Positions 31,531 to 41,559 of a stretch of 64,000 nt of DNA are shown in pieces (within the stretch, counting starts at the first letter, position 1; every line of letters begins with the position of its first letter). Source of the stretch: an uncultured Lachnospiraceae bacterium. Lineage in GTDB: Bacteria > Bacillota > Clostridia > Lachnospirales > Lachnospiraceae. The stretch lies in NCBI GenBank assembly GCA_949472775.1, contig CASWVG010000010.1, forward strand, positions 4,185 through 68,184, given 5' to 3'. Under the pieces are notes generated by a model. That model saw only the letters and a program-made list of their open reading frames with translations, made no database searches and was not told where the DNA came from. The position numbers and the translations under genes were made by a program.

Positions 31531-33165
31531 ATGAGTGAAAAAGAATATAGAAAAATAAAATGCCAACTTGAATATTTCTATCTCATACCAGTAGATCAAA
31601 TTATCGCTACACTCACCAAAAAAATTTCAAACATGCATATCAGTAATAAAGAAGAAATCGTAACCGAGGTTTTTAAATACGTGTTTAGAGGAGCGTCTTT
31701 CTATTATGATTTCATTGATGCCAACATAAACCATACTTTCTTTAACGAAAATTATGGCACACATTTAAGGCGTGGACTTTGCCATTTCATCTATCTGACT
31801 TTACAAAATAACTGTATTCTAAACGCCTTTTTTGAGGAACTTGCGCTGAAATCGGAGCCCATTAAAATATCTGCAAAAAATGTAGCATCTATCAAAAACG
31901 CTATTATGAGTATGATTAATTCAGATCAAAACATAAACTCTCTCAAAGGAGAAGTCGACTCACAATTTTTTAATAATAGAAAAATCATTTACAAAAAAGA
32001 TCAAAAAACTTATAGCTACACAAATATGATTATAAATTCTCTAAATATCTCCCAGCGTCAAACAGAGCCTTTTCCTATTGAAGTATTGCAGTATATTTCA
32101 CCTGCGATCAGTTTCTTATTTATGGAAGATGCCTGCTGCAAATTCGGACGATCTGTAACTGTAAATAAAAATAACATACTCAACAAATATAATACTTTGT
32201 GGGAACAGTGTCAGATACAGCAAGAAAACTATTCTGAATCTATTGATAAATTGATTTTTCAATCTGAGATGGAGATGTTCTTTGGCTTTTCCTTTCTTTC
32301 ATCCATTTGTAATCATATTGAAACTATTCATCAAATGACCTTATCCGATAATAAAGGATTAAAAGATTTGGAGGGGCAACTGTTCACAAATATCATATTG
32401 CAGACAGCCAATCTGCCCTTATTCTTTGGAAAAGATCTTGTCTTTAAATATATTTGCCACTCCTTTTTAGATTCTTCAAATATTGACTTCACCTACTTTG
32501 AAGAATCTGCCAAAGAAATCGCAACCATGCTCCCTCCTCCCCTTCCTCGGATGCAGCAAGTCCGCAACGGATTAACGTTAATGAACCAATTTTTACAAAT
32601 TTTAAACTCTATATCCTTACCCGTACTATTTTCCCTTTGGAATGTTGTAATCCATGAACTAATTCAAAACAATACATTGCCAGATAATATGTTAGACATT
32701 TATAAAGAATACCTAATCAATAATTTTGATGTCTTTATATATAAATCTGACCATCTGTCTGACGAAAATATTTCTAAATTATCAAAAGAATGTCTTTATC
32801 AAAATAGAAGTGTGGATAATCATTTATTACGCAGCTATATTTGCTCAGAAAAGAGATCAGACAGTTCTGCACAACTATCCATGCCCCTTTATAATCTCTC
32901 TTCCTATTCAAAAGAAATTATGAGCCAGCTAATCTGTAGCTACTGCAGCATACACTCACTGAAGGAATTTCGTGCACCCCTATTTTTTCTATCAGGTGAT
33001 AATCTTGCTTCATATAGTTCATTGTCAAGTTTCATCGCTTCACTACAATATAAGTCGGATGACTTTGACAAACCTAACTATTATAGAAGAAAAGCATTCC
33101 TGATCAGCCACAGAAAATCAATATTTGAATATCTATTTACAACAGATGCCCCTTATACTTCCTGA
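31531..33165 (+). CDS. Hypothetical protein (AT-rich)
   Basis: 544-aa ORF with GGAGG RBS; no motif recognised. Confidence 0.75.
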   Translation: MSEKEYRKIKCQLEYFYLIPVDQIIATLTKKISNMHISNKEEIVTEVFKYVFRGASFYYDFIDANINHTFFNENYGTHLRRGLCHFIYLTLQNNCILNAFFEELALKSEPIKISAKNVASIKNAIMSMINSDQNINSLKGEVDSQFFNNRKIIYKKDQKTYSYTNMIINSLNISQRQTEPFPIEVLQYISPAISFLFMEDACCKFGRSVTVNKNNILNKYNTLWEQCQIQQENYSESIDKLIFQSEMEMFFGFSFLSSICNHIETIHQMTLSDNKGLKDLEGQLFTNIILQTANLPLFFGKDLVFKYICHSFLDSSNIDFTYFEESAKEIATMLPPPLPRMQQVRNGLTLMNQFLQILNSISLPVLFSLWNVVIHELIQNNTLPDNMLDIYKEYLINNFDVFIYKSDHLSDENISKLSKECLYQNRSVDNHLLRSYICSEKRSDSSAQLSMPLYNLSSYSKEIMSQLICSYCSIHSLKEFRAPLFFLSGDNLASYSSLSSFIASLQYKSDDFDKPNYYRRKAFLISHRKSIFEYLFTTDAPYTS

Positions 33166-33358
33166 CTGTTTTTATATGATATTCGCTGTTTCCACCAATT
33201 CCACCTATTATGACCCATCATATATGTGCTGCTTATTATCTGTCTACACCAGATGGAATGGGTGGAATCGGTGGGAGGCCGCCTTATGCAGCCTCCATTG
33301 CAATCCTGCACTGTCAGACTCCCTATGAGTGACAATCACCATACCAAATGATGACGGT

Positions 33359-33922
33359 TTATTTCCTCCAACCATTGATATCAATGACACAGCATCCCGT
33401 ATCCGGCGACTTATACATATCCGAGACAGATTCCACATTGATTTTCTGGAACACATATTCCTTCGCATTTTCCAGCCCGTTTATGCGTGTAAGGTATTCG
33501 CCGTCCCTGTGGATGACGATCTCCTCCCGGTTTTCCCACCACAGCAGGCGGTACTCTTCCCTGCAGCCTCTCGTATCCCCCAGTGACCTGATATGCAGCG
33601 TCTTTTTCCTTTTCTCGGTACCAGCCCCGACATAGATGCCGAAATCCTCGGTAATGCAGCTTTCTATCATCCGGCCGCATTTTTTCAGTGAATCCGACAC
33701 CAGCGTATGCCCGGACATCCCCCAACTCCATGAACATGTCTTTCCCGCGCCAAAAAATATGGTGCATGTATGGTCATCCCCTTTTGTCAGCCTGAGCATG
33801 GTTTCATCGCCGTCAAAACAGCCAAGGCAGACCAGCTCCTTCTGCACGCCGTCCTTCACTTCCAGCACCACACACTCCATGTTGTTTTCCAGCACTTCTA
33901 CAAGATCGCATAACCCCGCCAT
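33359..33922 (-). CDS. Hypothetical protein
   Basis: 187-aa ORF with GGAGGAGG RBS, at the end of the recombination operon. Confidence 0.75.
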   Translation of the reverse strand: MAGLCDLVEVLENNMECVVLEVKDGVQKELVCLGCFDGDETMLRLTKGDDHTCTIFFGAGKTCSWSWGMSGHTLVSDSLKKCGRMIESCITEDFGIYVGAGTEKRKKTLHIRSLGDTRGCREEYRLLWWENREEIVIHRDGEYLTRINGLENAKEYVFQKINVESVSDMYKSPDTGCCVIDINGWRK

Positions 33923-33958
33923 GATACGTTCCTCCTCCCATAAATTTAATTGATATTC

Positions 33959-34717
33959 TTACGCCGCACTCTTCGTCTTTGCCAGCGCCTCCATCACCCG
34001 CCTATACACCGCCTCACTCATCGTCTCGGGTGTCGCAATCTTGTACCTCTCCTGCACCGTCTCCATCGCTACCCCTGTCCTGTCAAGCTCCGCCTGCAGG
34101 TCACTCATCTGGCTGTCAGTAAGGACTGCCTCCGGCGCTTTCTTCCTTGCCGCCTTTTTCTTTCCCGTCCCGGATGCCGCCGCTCCCTGCATCGCATAGA
34201 CGCAGTCGCCTTTCGTGTTGACGACCACAAGGGACACGATCTCCCGGCTGTCATTGTATCCGATGGATGCCACCTTAAAACGGTCGTTACAGTAAAGCTT
34301 GTCGCCTTTTTTCTGGATATCTGCCAGATCGCCCTGAATCCAGATGAACGGGGCAGTATAGAGCTCCCGCCCGATGCCCCAGTTAAAGCACGCCCTCTTG
34401 AAACTGTCCGACGCCTGCCCTTTCTCCTTCTCCGAATAACTGGCCGCTCCCACATCCTGCTTTGCCACCCATTCCTTTTTTATTTCATCATAAATCTCCA
34501 CCGTGCAGTAAAGGTTCCCCTCTATGCTCTGGTGGCTCCGCTTCCACCCGAAAGCCCCGAAAGTCTCGTCAAGGATGCGCTGGTCAACCCTCGCGTCCTT
34601 ATAGAGCAGGAGGCTTAACCCGTTTTCTTTTATCACCGATACCCTGCACTCGATCTCCTCCGCTTTTAGAAGCCTGATCTTTTTCGCTTCATCCTTCTGT
34701 CCTGTTCCTGCATCCAT
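33959..34717 (-). CDS. Sak/Rad52-like single-strand annealing protein
   Basis: LLLYKDARVD...LDETFG, KQDVG...EKGQASDSFKRACFNWGIGRELY. Confidence 0.8.
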   Translation of the reverse strand: MDAGTGQKDEAKKIRLLKAEEIECRVSVIKENGLSLLLYKDARVDQRILDETFGAFGWKRSHQSIEGNLYCTVEIYDEIKKEWVAKQDVGAASYSEKEKGQASDSFKRACFNWGIGRELYTAPFIWIQGDLADIQKKGDKLYCNDRFKVASIGYNDSREIVSLVVVNTKGDCVYAMQGAAASGTGKKKAARKKAPEAVLTDSQMSDLQAELDRTGVAMETVQERYKIATPETMSEAVYRRVMEALAKTKSAA

Positions 34718-34827
34718 TTTCTCCTCCCCTTCCTGACTGCCGGAAATCCCTTTACAAAGACCCCGGCAGTCCTGTTTTCCTGTTTCTGTAACCGCGATTC
34801 TTCTATAAATATATTACAGACACCGCT

Positions 34828-35757
34828 TTACGCCGCTTTTACCTCAAACCGCCTGCAGTGGGACACGGTGGCATAATCCGCATAGATCTCCGGCCGCTCC
34901 GCTTTGATCCGTTTCGTATCGAGCCTCGTGGAATCCACATTGCCCCATGAGACACGGTAGTTTCCGCTCACCGCCAGTTCATGCTCACCCATCGCCAGCT
35001 TCACTTCCTGCTCGATCTGTTTCTTCTCCGTTTCCAGTTCCGCGATCTCCTTAAGGATCGTCCTGCGCCGTTCCAGTTTCCCGTCAAACCCGGCAAGGGA
35101 CATTGTCCCGCCGGGCTTTGCGCTGCCAAAATACTTCTCTATCACCTCGTCGCAGGCTCTGCTCCCATCCGGCGGCGGCATGGTCCCTTTCACCACATGG
35201 TTATTCCAGAAATCTTTTTCCACATCTATGAGCCGTTCAATCAGATCATCATCCCATTCCAGTTTTCTGTAGACGAATCCCTGCCCCAGTATCAGTGCCG
35301 CTATATACCACACCCGCTTTCCCGTGACCGCCATGTAGTGGTGACACTGCATTACATAGTGGAGAGGGATGTCCCCGTCAGACCACTTATCCGCATTGTA
35401 GGCGCTGGCTGTCTTGCATTCCAGCCCGGCGTCTTCCCCGATGACCAGCCTGTCCACATCCGCAATCATAAATGGATGCTCCATGCTCCGGTACATAAAG
35501 TTGGAGCGGCGGACTCTTAAGCCCGTCGCCTCCGTAAAACGCTGTGCCACATACTGTTCGAGGTCATGCCCGATACGGACTGCCTCGGTATCGACTTCCT
35601 CCGCCTCGTCACTGGTCTTGTCCCGGAATACCTTCATGGCGCTGCTGTAGGGGTTTACCCCGCAGACTGCCCCCGCATCAGAACCGCCGATCCCAGATTT
35701 TCTTAAGCGGAGCCATTCCGCATTGCTGACTCCTGCCAGTGATATTTTTTCAAACAT
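34828..35757 (-). CDS. YqaJ-like viral recombinase (lambda exonuclease family)
   Basis: WLRLRKSGIGGSD, ADVDRL...GLECKT, HYVMQCHHYM. Start MFEK at 35757 after GGAGGAGG. Confidence 0.92.
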   Translation of the reverse strand: MFEKISLAGVSNAEWLRLRKSGIGGSDAGAVCGVNPYSSAMKVFRDKTSDEAEEVDTEAVRIGHDLEQYVAQRFTEATGLRVRRSNFMYRSMEHPFMIADVDRLVIGEDAGLECKTASAYNADKWSDGDIPLHYVMQCHHYMAVTGKRVWYIAALILGQGFVYRKLEWDDDLIERLIDVEKDFWNNHVVKGTMPPPDGSRACDEVIEKYFGSAKPGGTMSLAGFDGKLERRRTILKEIAELETEKKQIEQEVKLAMGEHELAVSGNYRVSWGNVDSTRLDTKRIKAERPEIYADYATVSHCRRFEVKAA

Positions 35758-35993
35758 GCTGTTCCTCCTCCGTTTTTCGTCATTCAGACATCCTCTGAAA
35801 ATCATCTTCCGCAGCAGCAGTCCCGGGAACAGCGTACATTCTCCCCGGATATTTTACGCTGCTGCTGTTTTCCCATCAGATAAAGAATAGAGGCAGCCGG
35901 GACATAACGCCCGGCCACCCCCTGGTTATTCTTTATCTTTTCCGTGATATACTGTTTCCCTTTAAGACCATAAAGATAAATATGTCTTCCTGT

Positions 35994-36932
35994 TTATGCC
36001 GCCTTTATAAGCTGGTACGCTTTATCGATCAGCGGGTTGCCGTCCACCGTGCGGGCAAACAGGTTCTCATTATAGTTTGCCGTCCTGCGCAGCGGTTCGC
36101 TGTGTGTTGCAAAATCCGATACCGCATTGATGAAGCGGTACGCATTGTTCCCGACTTTCTGCAGATCGGGCGCGTCATAATACCGCCGCTCCATATCCCG
36201 GCGCAGTTTCAGGATATTTTTGCTCTGGATGGATGACGGTTCCCCTTCCACCGGCAGGAGCACTTCAATGTATTCTTTTACCTGCGCATCCGTCATCTTC
36301 TGCCTGCGTAACTGCTCAAACTCAGCGCCGAGGCTGTCCATGTATTTCTCCGCCATGAAGAGCGTGTCCCTTGCCTCCTGTATCTTGTCATGTATATTTC
36401 CTGTGTGGATCATGCTGAAACTCCGCTTTGCGGTATCCAGTGCAAGGTTCAGCGTATTGTTGCACACCACCCTGACAGGGGTGACTGCCACCTTCACGGA
36501 GCCGGAACCGTCATGGGTGTTGGAAAACACCAGATAGGGGCTGATCCGCTCCCCGGCGATGATATACTCCCTCGGAAGTCTTGCCAGGAGCCAGACCTTC
36601 CTCCCCTCCTGCAGTGACCCGGCAGTCTCATAGCGGACGCCCTTCCCCAGCAGTTCGTCGGTAAAGCTGAAAGCGTCCACGTTCTGCACCACCTTATAGC
36701 GGTCAGACACCACGCCAAGCACCTTCCTGTCGAAACTGCGCACATTTGCCTTATAGCCCTTCACCATTTCGTTATAGCCCGTATACACAGGCTCCTGCAC
36801 CACCTTCCAGTCAAGCCCCGCAAGCCGCAGCGCCTCCGCTGACGTTGGCGCTTCCATGACCACCGTGCCTAACCCGTGCCACGGTTTCTCCCTTACATAA
36901 AACATGGTTTCTACATCTGCCGGCATTTTCAT
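35994..36932 (-). CDS. DUF932 phage/plasmid-like protein
   Basis: REKPWHGLG, YETAGSL, NTHDGSG...TPVRVVCNNTL. Confidence 0.88.
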   Translation of the reverse strand: MKMPADVETMFYVREKPWHGLGTVVMEAPTSAEALRLAGLDWKVVQEPVYTGYNEMVKGYKANVRSFDRKVLGVVSDRYKVVQNVDAFSFTDELLGKGVRYETAGSLQEGRKVWLLARLPREYIIAGERISPYLVFSNTHDGSGSVKVAVTPVRVVCNNTLNLALDTAKRSFSMIHTGNIHDKIQEARDTLFMAEKYMDSLGAEFEQLRRQKMTDAQVKEYIEVLLPVEGEPSSIQSKNILKLRRDMERRYYDAPDLQKVGNNAYRFINAVSDFATHSEPLRRTANYNENLFARTVDGNPLIDKAYQLIKAA

Positions 36933-37055
36933 ATCCTCCTTTTCGTTTTTTCTTTACTGTTTCATCTCCATAATCCCGTCCTGCGGACCATAGGGCCATC
37001 CGGGAATCCCACATCGCAGAATCTCAAATCTGTATGGAGAATGCAGCTTTTCACA

Positions 37056-37127
37056 TTATGTATCCTTCCCCATCTCCTGCAGTACGCCCGCAATGATGAG
37101 GACAAGGCATTTCAATACGATCTCCAT
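37056..37127 (-). CDS. 23-aa hydrophobic peptide MEIVLKCLVLIIAGVLQEMGKDT
   Basis: Manual translation; strong GGGAGGT RBS; below the ORF-track size cutoff. Confidence 0.45.
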   Translation of the reverse strand: MEIVLKCLVLIIAGVLQEMGKDT

Positions 37128-37143
37128 ATGCACACACCTCCCT

Positions 37144-38028
37144 TCACGCCGCCCCTAAAAGTTCCACCGCGTCCTTCTCCCTGCTGTAGAGATAGACGTT
37201 ATCGGAGAGCACTTCCTCCGGCTCCAGCACAGTCCTGTTCACACCGCCCACCGTCTCCCTGTATGTCTGCCGTTTTTCCTCCAGATCCGGCACAAGCAGC
37301 ACCTCATTCAGCGACGAGGGCAGGATCACAAGGTCAGTGCCGGTGCTGTCTGCCAGTTCCCTGATCTTCCCGGTATATAGCATAGCCGCCGCCCCGTATC
37401 TCCCCGTGCTGTTCGTCAGCACATAGATGGGCGGCTCCTCCCCCATCCACGACGATGCCTTCCTCCCGATCAGGTCACTTAACGGGAACAGTTCATCCGG
37501 CACGCTGTTTTTCATGTTTTCCATGGCATCCTGATACAGCGTCTCCACCGTTTCTTCCCACAAGGCAAGGTGCCTGTTGTTGATCTGTATCTGCGCCTGC
37601 CCGTCCCCGATCTCATAATAAAAGATTACTGCAAGGTCATTCCATCTGACATAAGGCATATCCCGGAGAAGTTCCGTGTTTTTCCCGTAGTTTACCAGCC
37701 TAAGCCGCAGATATTCCTTCACATAACTGTAATCCGCAAACTGTTCCGGCTGGAAATCCCAAGCCGTCTCCATCTCCCGGATCTGGCTGTCATTATGCTC
37801 CATCAGCCCCTCAAATATCTCCCCTGCCGTTTCGCCCGCCAGATATCTTTCATAAGCCGTATCCAGATACAGTACCGGGGTAAAACGTTCCTCTCCTGTT
37901 ACTACCCGGATGCCCCTCCTTGTGACCCCGTTATTTTTCAGAATATCCTGCACGCTGATCTGTGCAGTTTCCCCGAACCTTTCCCGTAACAGTCCTGCCA
38001 TCTTTTCCTCAAACTCCTTAAATTCCAT
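37144..38028 (-). CDS. DUF5688-like protein
   Basis: KNNG, RLVNY.KN, YVLTN..GRYGAAAMLY and ILPSSLNEVLLVP motifs. Confidence 0.8.
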   Translation of the reverse strand: MEFKEFEEKMAGLLRERFGETAQISVQDILKNNGVTRRGIRVVTGEERFTPVLYLDTAYERYLAGETAGEIFEGLMEHNDSQIREMETAWDFQPEQFADYSYVKEYLRLRLVNYGKNTELLRDMPYVRWNDLAVIFYYEIGDGQAQIQINNRHLALWEETVETLYQDAMENMKNSVPDELFPLSDLIGRKASSWMGEEPPIYVLTNSTGRYGAAAMLYTGKIRELADSTGTDLVILPSSLNEVLLVPDLEEKRQTYRETVGGVNRTVLEPEEVLSDNVYLYSREKDAVELLGAA

Positions 38029-38125
38029 GATTTCCTCCTTCCATCCCGGCTCTCACGGCTTTCCGCCTGCCGTTCATCCAATCTTCCTCCTTCTGTCCGG
38101 CTGTCATCCGACCGCCAGAATCCGC

Positions 38126-38449
38126 CTACTTTACAATCCCTGTTTCTTTGAGCAGCGAGGCACAGTCCTTAAACCCCTGTAAGTATGCTGCCGCACTGTA
38201 ATAAGCGCTGCTCTCCGCATTGGCGGACAGGAGCATGTCCACTGTCCGCCGCTCCTTTTTTGACAGTCCGAGCCTGCTGAACGCCCCCATTTCTTTTCCG
38301 ATCTTACATTCCAGTTTCTGGAACTCCGGGTCGCGGAATAAGATAGCATCCAGCCTTTCATTTGCTCCATGCTCCGCGATGATATCCAGAATGCTTTTTT
38401 CTCCTTTCTCCTCCAAAATCTTCACCTCCTTCTTTTCTGTCGTCCGCAT
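38126..38449 (-). CDS. Hypothetical protein
   Basis: 107-aa ORF ending AYLQGFKDC, typical of Clostridial mobile elements. Confidence 0.65.
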   Translation of the reverse strand: MRTTEKKEVKILEEKGEKSILDIIAEHGANERLDAILFRDPEFQKLECKIGKEMGAFSRLGLSKKERRTVDMLLSANAESSAYYSAAAYLQGFKDCASLLKETGIVK

Positions 38450-38591
38450 GACGCACAGAATAGGGCGGCAGGATATGCCCCTGCCGCCCGGTTCTATAGT
38501 CAGCCTGTGTGATTCATAGCTATTATTTATTATTTCACTCTCCTTATTTTACGCTGTCCATTCTTATCTCCCTGAATGTTTACATTCTCTT

Positions 38592-39212
38592 TTATGCGTC
38601 TACGCTTACTTTACTTTCATTCAAGAATATAAGCGGTTCTATTGCTCCTGTCGCCATGATCTGACATCTGTACAATATCTCATTAAAGACTGCCTCCCGC
38701 CCTTTGATCTCCGGCATTGATGTATGCCATTTACGCCCATCAATAAAATTAATACTGTTCACGGCAAAATGAATATGGCATCGTTTCTCAGGTTCCCAGT
38801 GGACGCCAAACACTGCCTGATGCCCCATCTGATAATATAACTGGCTGCATCCCATCCCAACATTCCAGAGCCACTCCGGGCTGTTGGCTAATCTTTCCAC
38901 CTCCCAGTCCAGCAGATTAAGGACTTCATGGTACATCCTCCTGCCGCCTCTGCTGTTTATCCCATTGACATTCTGCACATAAAGAAACTGCTGTATCATG
39001 TCATCCACAGTATGAAAATAATCTGCGCCCACGGCTCCATAGGCAATCAGATCGCCAGCCCTGTCTTCGTTCTTCCTTGTCCTCGTGACATAGTGGATCA
39101 GGTTCTCCACCGCATCCAGATTCGTATAATTCTTCTTTTTATAATGTACCGCATTTTCCACGATCTGTTCTTTCGTTTCTCTATTTCTGCTGGGCATCCC
39201 TAAAATTGCCAT
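38592..39212 (-). CDS. Short relaxase/mobilization nuclease (HUH)
   Basis: LIHYV (Tyr), MYHEVL and FGVH...HIHFAVNSINFIDG (3H motif). Confidence 0.8.
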   Translation of the reverse strand: MAILGMPSRNRETKEQIVENAVHYKKKNYTNLDAVENLIHYVTRTRKNEDRAGDLIAYGAVGADYFHTVDDMIQQFLYVQNVNGINSRGGRRMYHEVLNLLDWEVERLANSPEWLWNVGMGCSQLYYQMGHQAVFGVHWEPEKRCHIHFAVNSINFIDGRKWHTSMPEIKGREAVFNEILYRCQIMATGAIEPLIFLNESKVSVDA

Positions 39213-39520
39213 AATCCCGCCATCCTCTCCATTAAATCTAATAACTGTTCCCGGTATCCGCTCTGGTCATTCCCCAGCTCTCTTACCATGTGGTTCATAG
39301 CCTCCTGTGTCTCTACCAGCGTTCGTGCCTTACCCTTGTCATATCTTGACCGCCTTCTCAGGATCACGTCAACAGCCTCTTCAAGCAGCCTGCTCTCGCT
39401 GGTTTCCATCCGTTCTGCCTTCGCCGCAATCTTCCTCTTTGTCTCTTCCGTACAGCGGATGGATATCTTTGCTGTTTTTCTTTCCATTTTCAGGAGTTTA
39501 ACTCCTGTCCTCTGGTCCAT
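39200..39520 (-). CDS. MobC-like ribbon-helix-helix protein
   Basis: KTAKISIRCTEETKRKIAAKAE N-terminus; overlaps the relaxase start. Confidence 0.7.
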   Translation of the reverse strand: MDQRTGVKLLKMERKTAKISIRCTEETKRKIAAKAERMETSESRLLEEAVDVILRRRSRYDKGKARTLVETQEAMNHMVRELGNDQSGYREQLLDLMERMAGLWQF

Positions 39521-39716
39521 ATTTCTCCCTCCAGTGTATAAAAATCGCGCTATTTCATTTCATCAGGGAATCAAATTATATATGTATATATGCTAGATCT
39601 AATTTTTACGGATAACTTTCTTAAATAAGAAAATTACTTTTATGATATAAAGATATATGTGTATAGAATAACAGCATATAGAATTATCAATAGAAATAAT
39701 GATATAGTTTTCTTAA

Positions 39717-39783
39717 TATTGTATCAATAGTTCATTTATTCTCTTCATTTCATTCCGTTCATAAATGAACTATTGATACAATA
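39717..39783. repeat. Perfect 23-bp inverted repeat, candidate oriT-associated hairpin
   Basis: tattgtatcaatagttcatttat-N21-ataaatgaactattgatacaata, upstream of mobC/relaxase. Confidence 0.7.
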
Positions 39784-40007
39784 AATACGCAAAATGTATG
39801 ACATTTGTCTTTCCCTCCATAAAACACCACCGCCTTTAGTTTCAACCTTAATATTTTCTTCTTTACCTCTATGTTAGAAACTCTGGTACTTTCTTACTCT
39901 GTCCACCTCACTTCCGTTGATGCTCTGCACATCTATTATTTTCTATCTATATGTAGATACACCTGTAACAATTAAATTAAATAAAATCAATCTTGGAGGT
40001 AGTTGAA

Positions 40008-40193
40008 ATGCTAAATGATTATCCTGATATCCTGACTGTTGCCGAAATAGCCGAAACTTTATACATCGGGAAAAACCGAGTATATGAACTTTTAGAAAAC
40101 GGGTCTATAAAAGGATTCCGAATTGGCCGTGTCTGGAAGATTCCAAAAGAATCCTTGCGGGAATACATTCTGTCGCAGAGCGGGCTGCATTAA
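40008..40193 (+). CDS. Excisionase-like HTH_17 DNA-binding protein
   Basis: ILTVAEIAETLYIGKNRVYELLENGSIKGFRIGRVWKIPK; GGAGG RBS. Confidence 0.85.
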   Translation: MLNDYPDILTVAEIAETLYIGKNRVYELLENGSIKGFRIGRVWKIPKESLREYILSQSGLH

Positions 40194-40207
40194 GATATTT
40201 ACTGAAG

Positions 40208-40234
40208 AAGGGGCAGACCGTCAGCCTGCCCCTT
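40208..40234. terminator. Hairpin between convergent genes
   Basis: aaggggcag-N9-ctgcccctt. Confidence 0.65.
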
Positions 40235-40244
40235 AATATGATAT

Positions 40245-41414
40245 TTAACCCACTGCATCAAAATTGAGTGCCTCGTCCAGATAATAGCTTCCTGCATAAT
40301 TTCTAAGCGGTACACCATATCTGCTCTCATAATCCTCATTGTTAATGGTTTCTATACTCATACCATTATTTAAAAAGGTGACATGGGCATATTCCATATC
40401 GCATGATCCATCCACAACAGTATAATAATCCCCGTCATTACGAAGATATCCGGCAAAATCACCAACCTGATATCCTTGCGAATCGGTACAGTAGATTGTA
40501 ATTACATAAGGATTATCTTCCGAATCCGTGTAAGGCTGGACGTAAGCTTCGTTTCTCCCACTTATAAGATTTACAGCTACGTGATATCTACCGCATACTA
40601 TATCACCAGGTTCACCGCCTATCCCATTCATCACCTGGTCTACTACCATAGCTTTATGCTCTGCCTCTTTTTGATCTGCAGCAATTTGTTCAAGACCATA
40701 TTGCCATTCACCATTATCCTTAAACAATGCAACCAAGCCATTTAATTCCAGTTCTATACTGTTTGCAGTATTGGCATCGCTAATGGGCATTGCTGCATAG
40801 TATCTGAATTTTGTTTTGCGGCCGGGATTAACGGCTATGGTTTCACATTCAATCCCCGGGAAAATAGTATCCATATATCCATACCATGAGTCGGTATTTA
40901 CTTGGAAATCATCGACATACATTTTTATAGCTGTGTCTGTGAGGGTAAGTTTATCTTCGTCATCCTTATTACTGACTTCCAGATCAATATAGAAGATATA
41001 GTTATCGGTAGAGTCAAGCGGACTTACCGATCTGGCAATATTAATGTCTGCAACAGTATACTCCCATTCCATATCACTGTCATTACTTTTGATCGGATAA
41101 CTGTTTCCTATTTCGAAATAATATCTGCCATCATTTTTTACTCCCAGAGTTTCCTCTTTGGCAGCTGCAACAACTACCTCCTTTTCTTTCTCAACCCTTT
41201 CTGTCTCCTCTGTTTGTTCAACCTGCGTTTTTTGCTGTACCTCTTCTGTATTTGAAGCAGGTGTGTTGACGCTGTCATCGCTATCACCAATCCACAACGC
41301 CAGCAAAAAGAATATCGCAACTACGGCGATAATGACGTTTCTTACCGTATGTTTCTTCTTTTTTCCCTCTACGATTTCTGCTTTAATGGGAACCATGTTT
41401 TTATTCTCTTCCAT
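40245..41414 (-). CDS. Membrane-anchored acidic surface protein
   Basis: One N-terminal TM helix after KKKKH, a low-complexity linker, then an Ig-like/DUF4352-like beta region. Confidence 0.7.
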   Translation of the reverse strand: MEENKNMVPIKAEIVEGKKKKHTVRNVIIAVVAIFFLLALWIGDSDDSVNTPASNTEEVQQKTQVEQTEETERVEKEKEVVVAAAKEETLGVKNDGRYYFEIGNSYPIKSNDSDMEWEYTVADINIARSVSPLDSTDNYIFYIDLEVSNKDDEDKLTLTDTAIKMYVDDFQVNTDSWYGYMDTIFPGIECETIAVNPGRKTKFRYYAAMPISDANTANSIELELNGLVALFKDNGEWQYGLEQIAADQKEAEHKAMVVDQVMNGIGGEPGDIVCGRYHVAVNLISGRNEAYVQPYTDSEDNPYVITIYCTDSQGYQVGDFAGYLRNDGDYYTVVDGSCDMEYAHVTFLNNGMSIETINNEDYESRYGVPLRNYAGSYYLDEALNFDAVG

Positions 41415-41559
41415 TTCTTTTACCTCTCTTTTGTTTTTTCGTCGATAATTTCCCCAAACTATTGATAAAACTTATACTATCACCAGCACACCTCCCCCTC
41501 CCCCAGATATTTCTATATGGGAAACTCCCTTATCATTGTACAGCCCGATTCGAACATCT

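Noticed and set aside
39797-39810. Additional TGACA box (tatgacatttgtc)
   Set aside because: Spacing is not N5 and the second half-site is incomplete.
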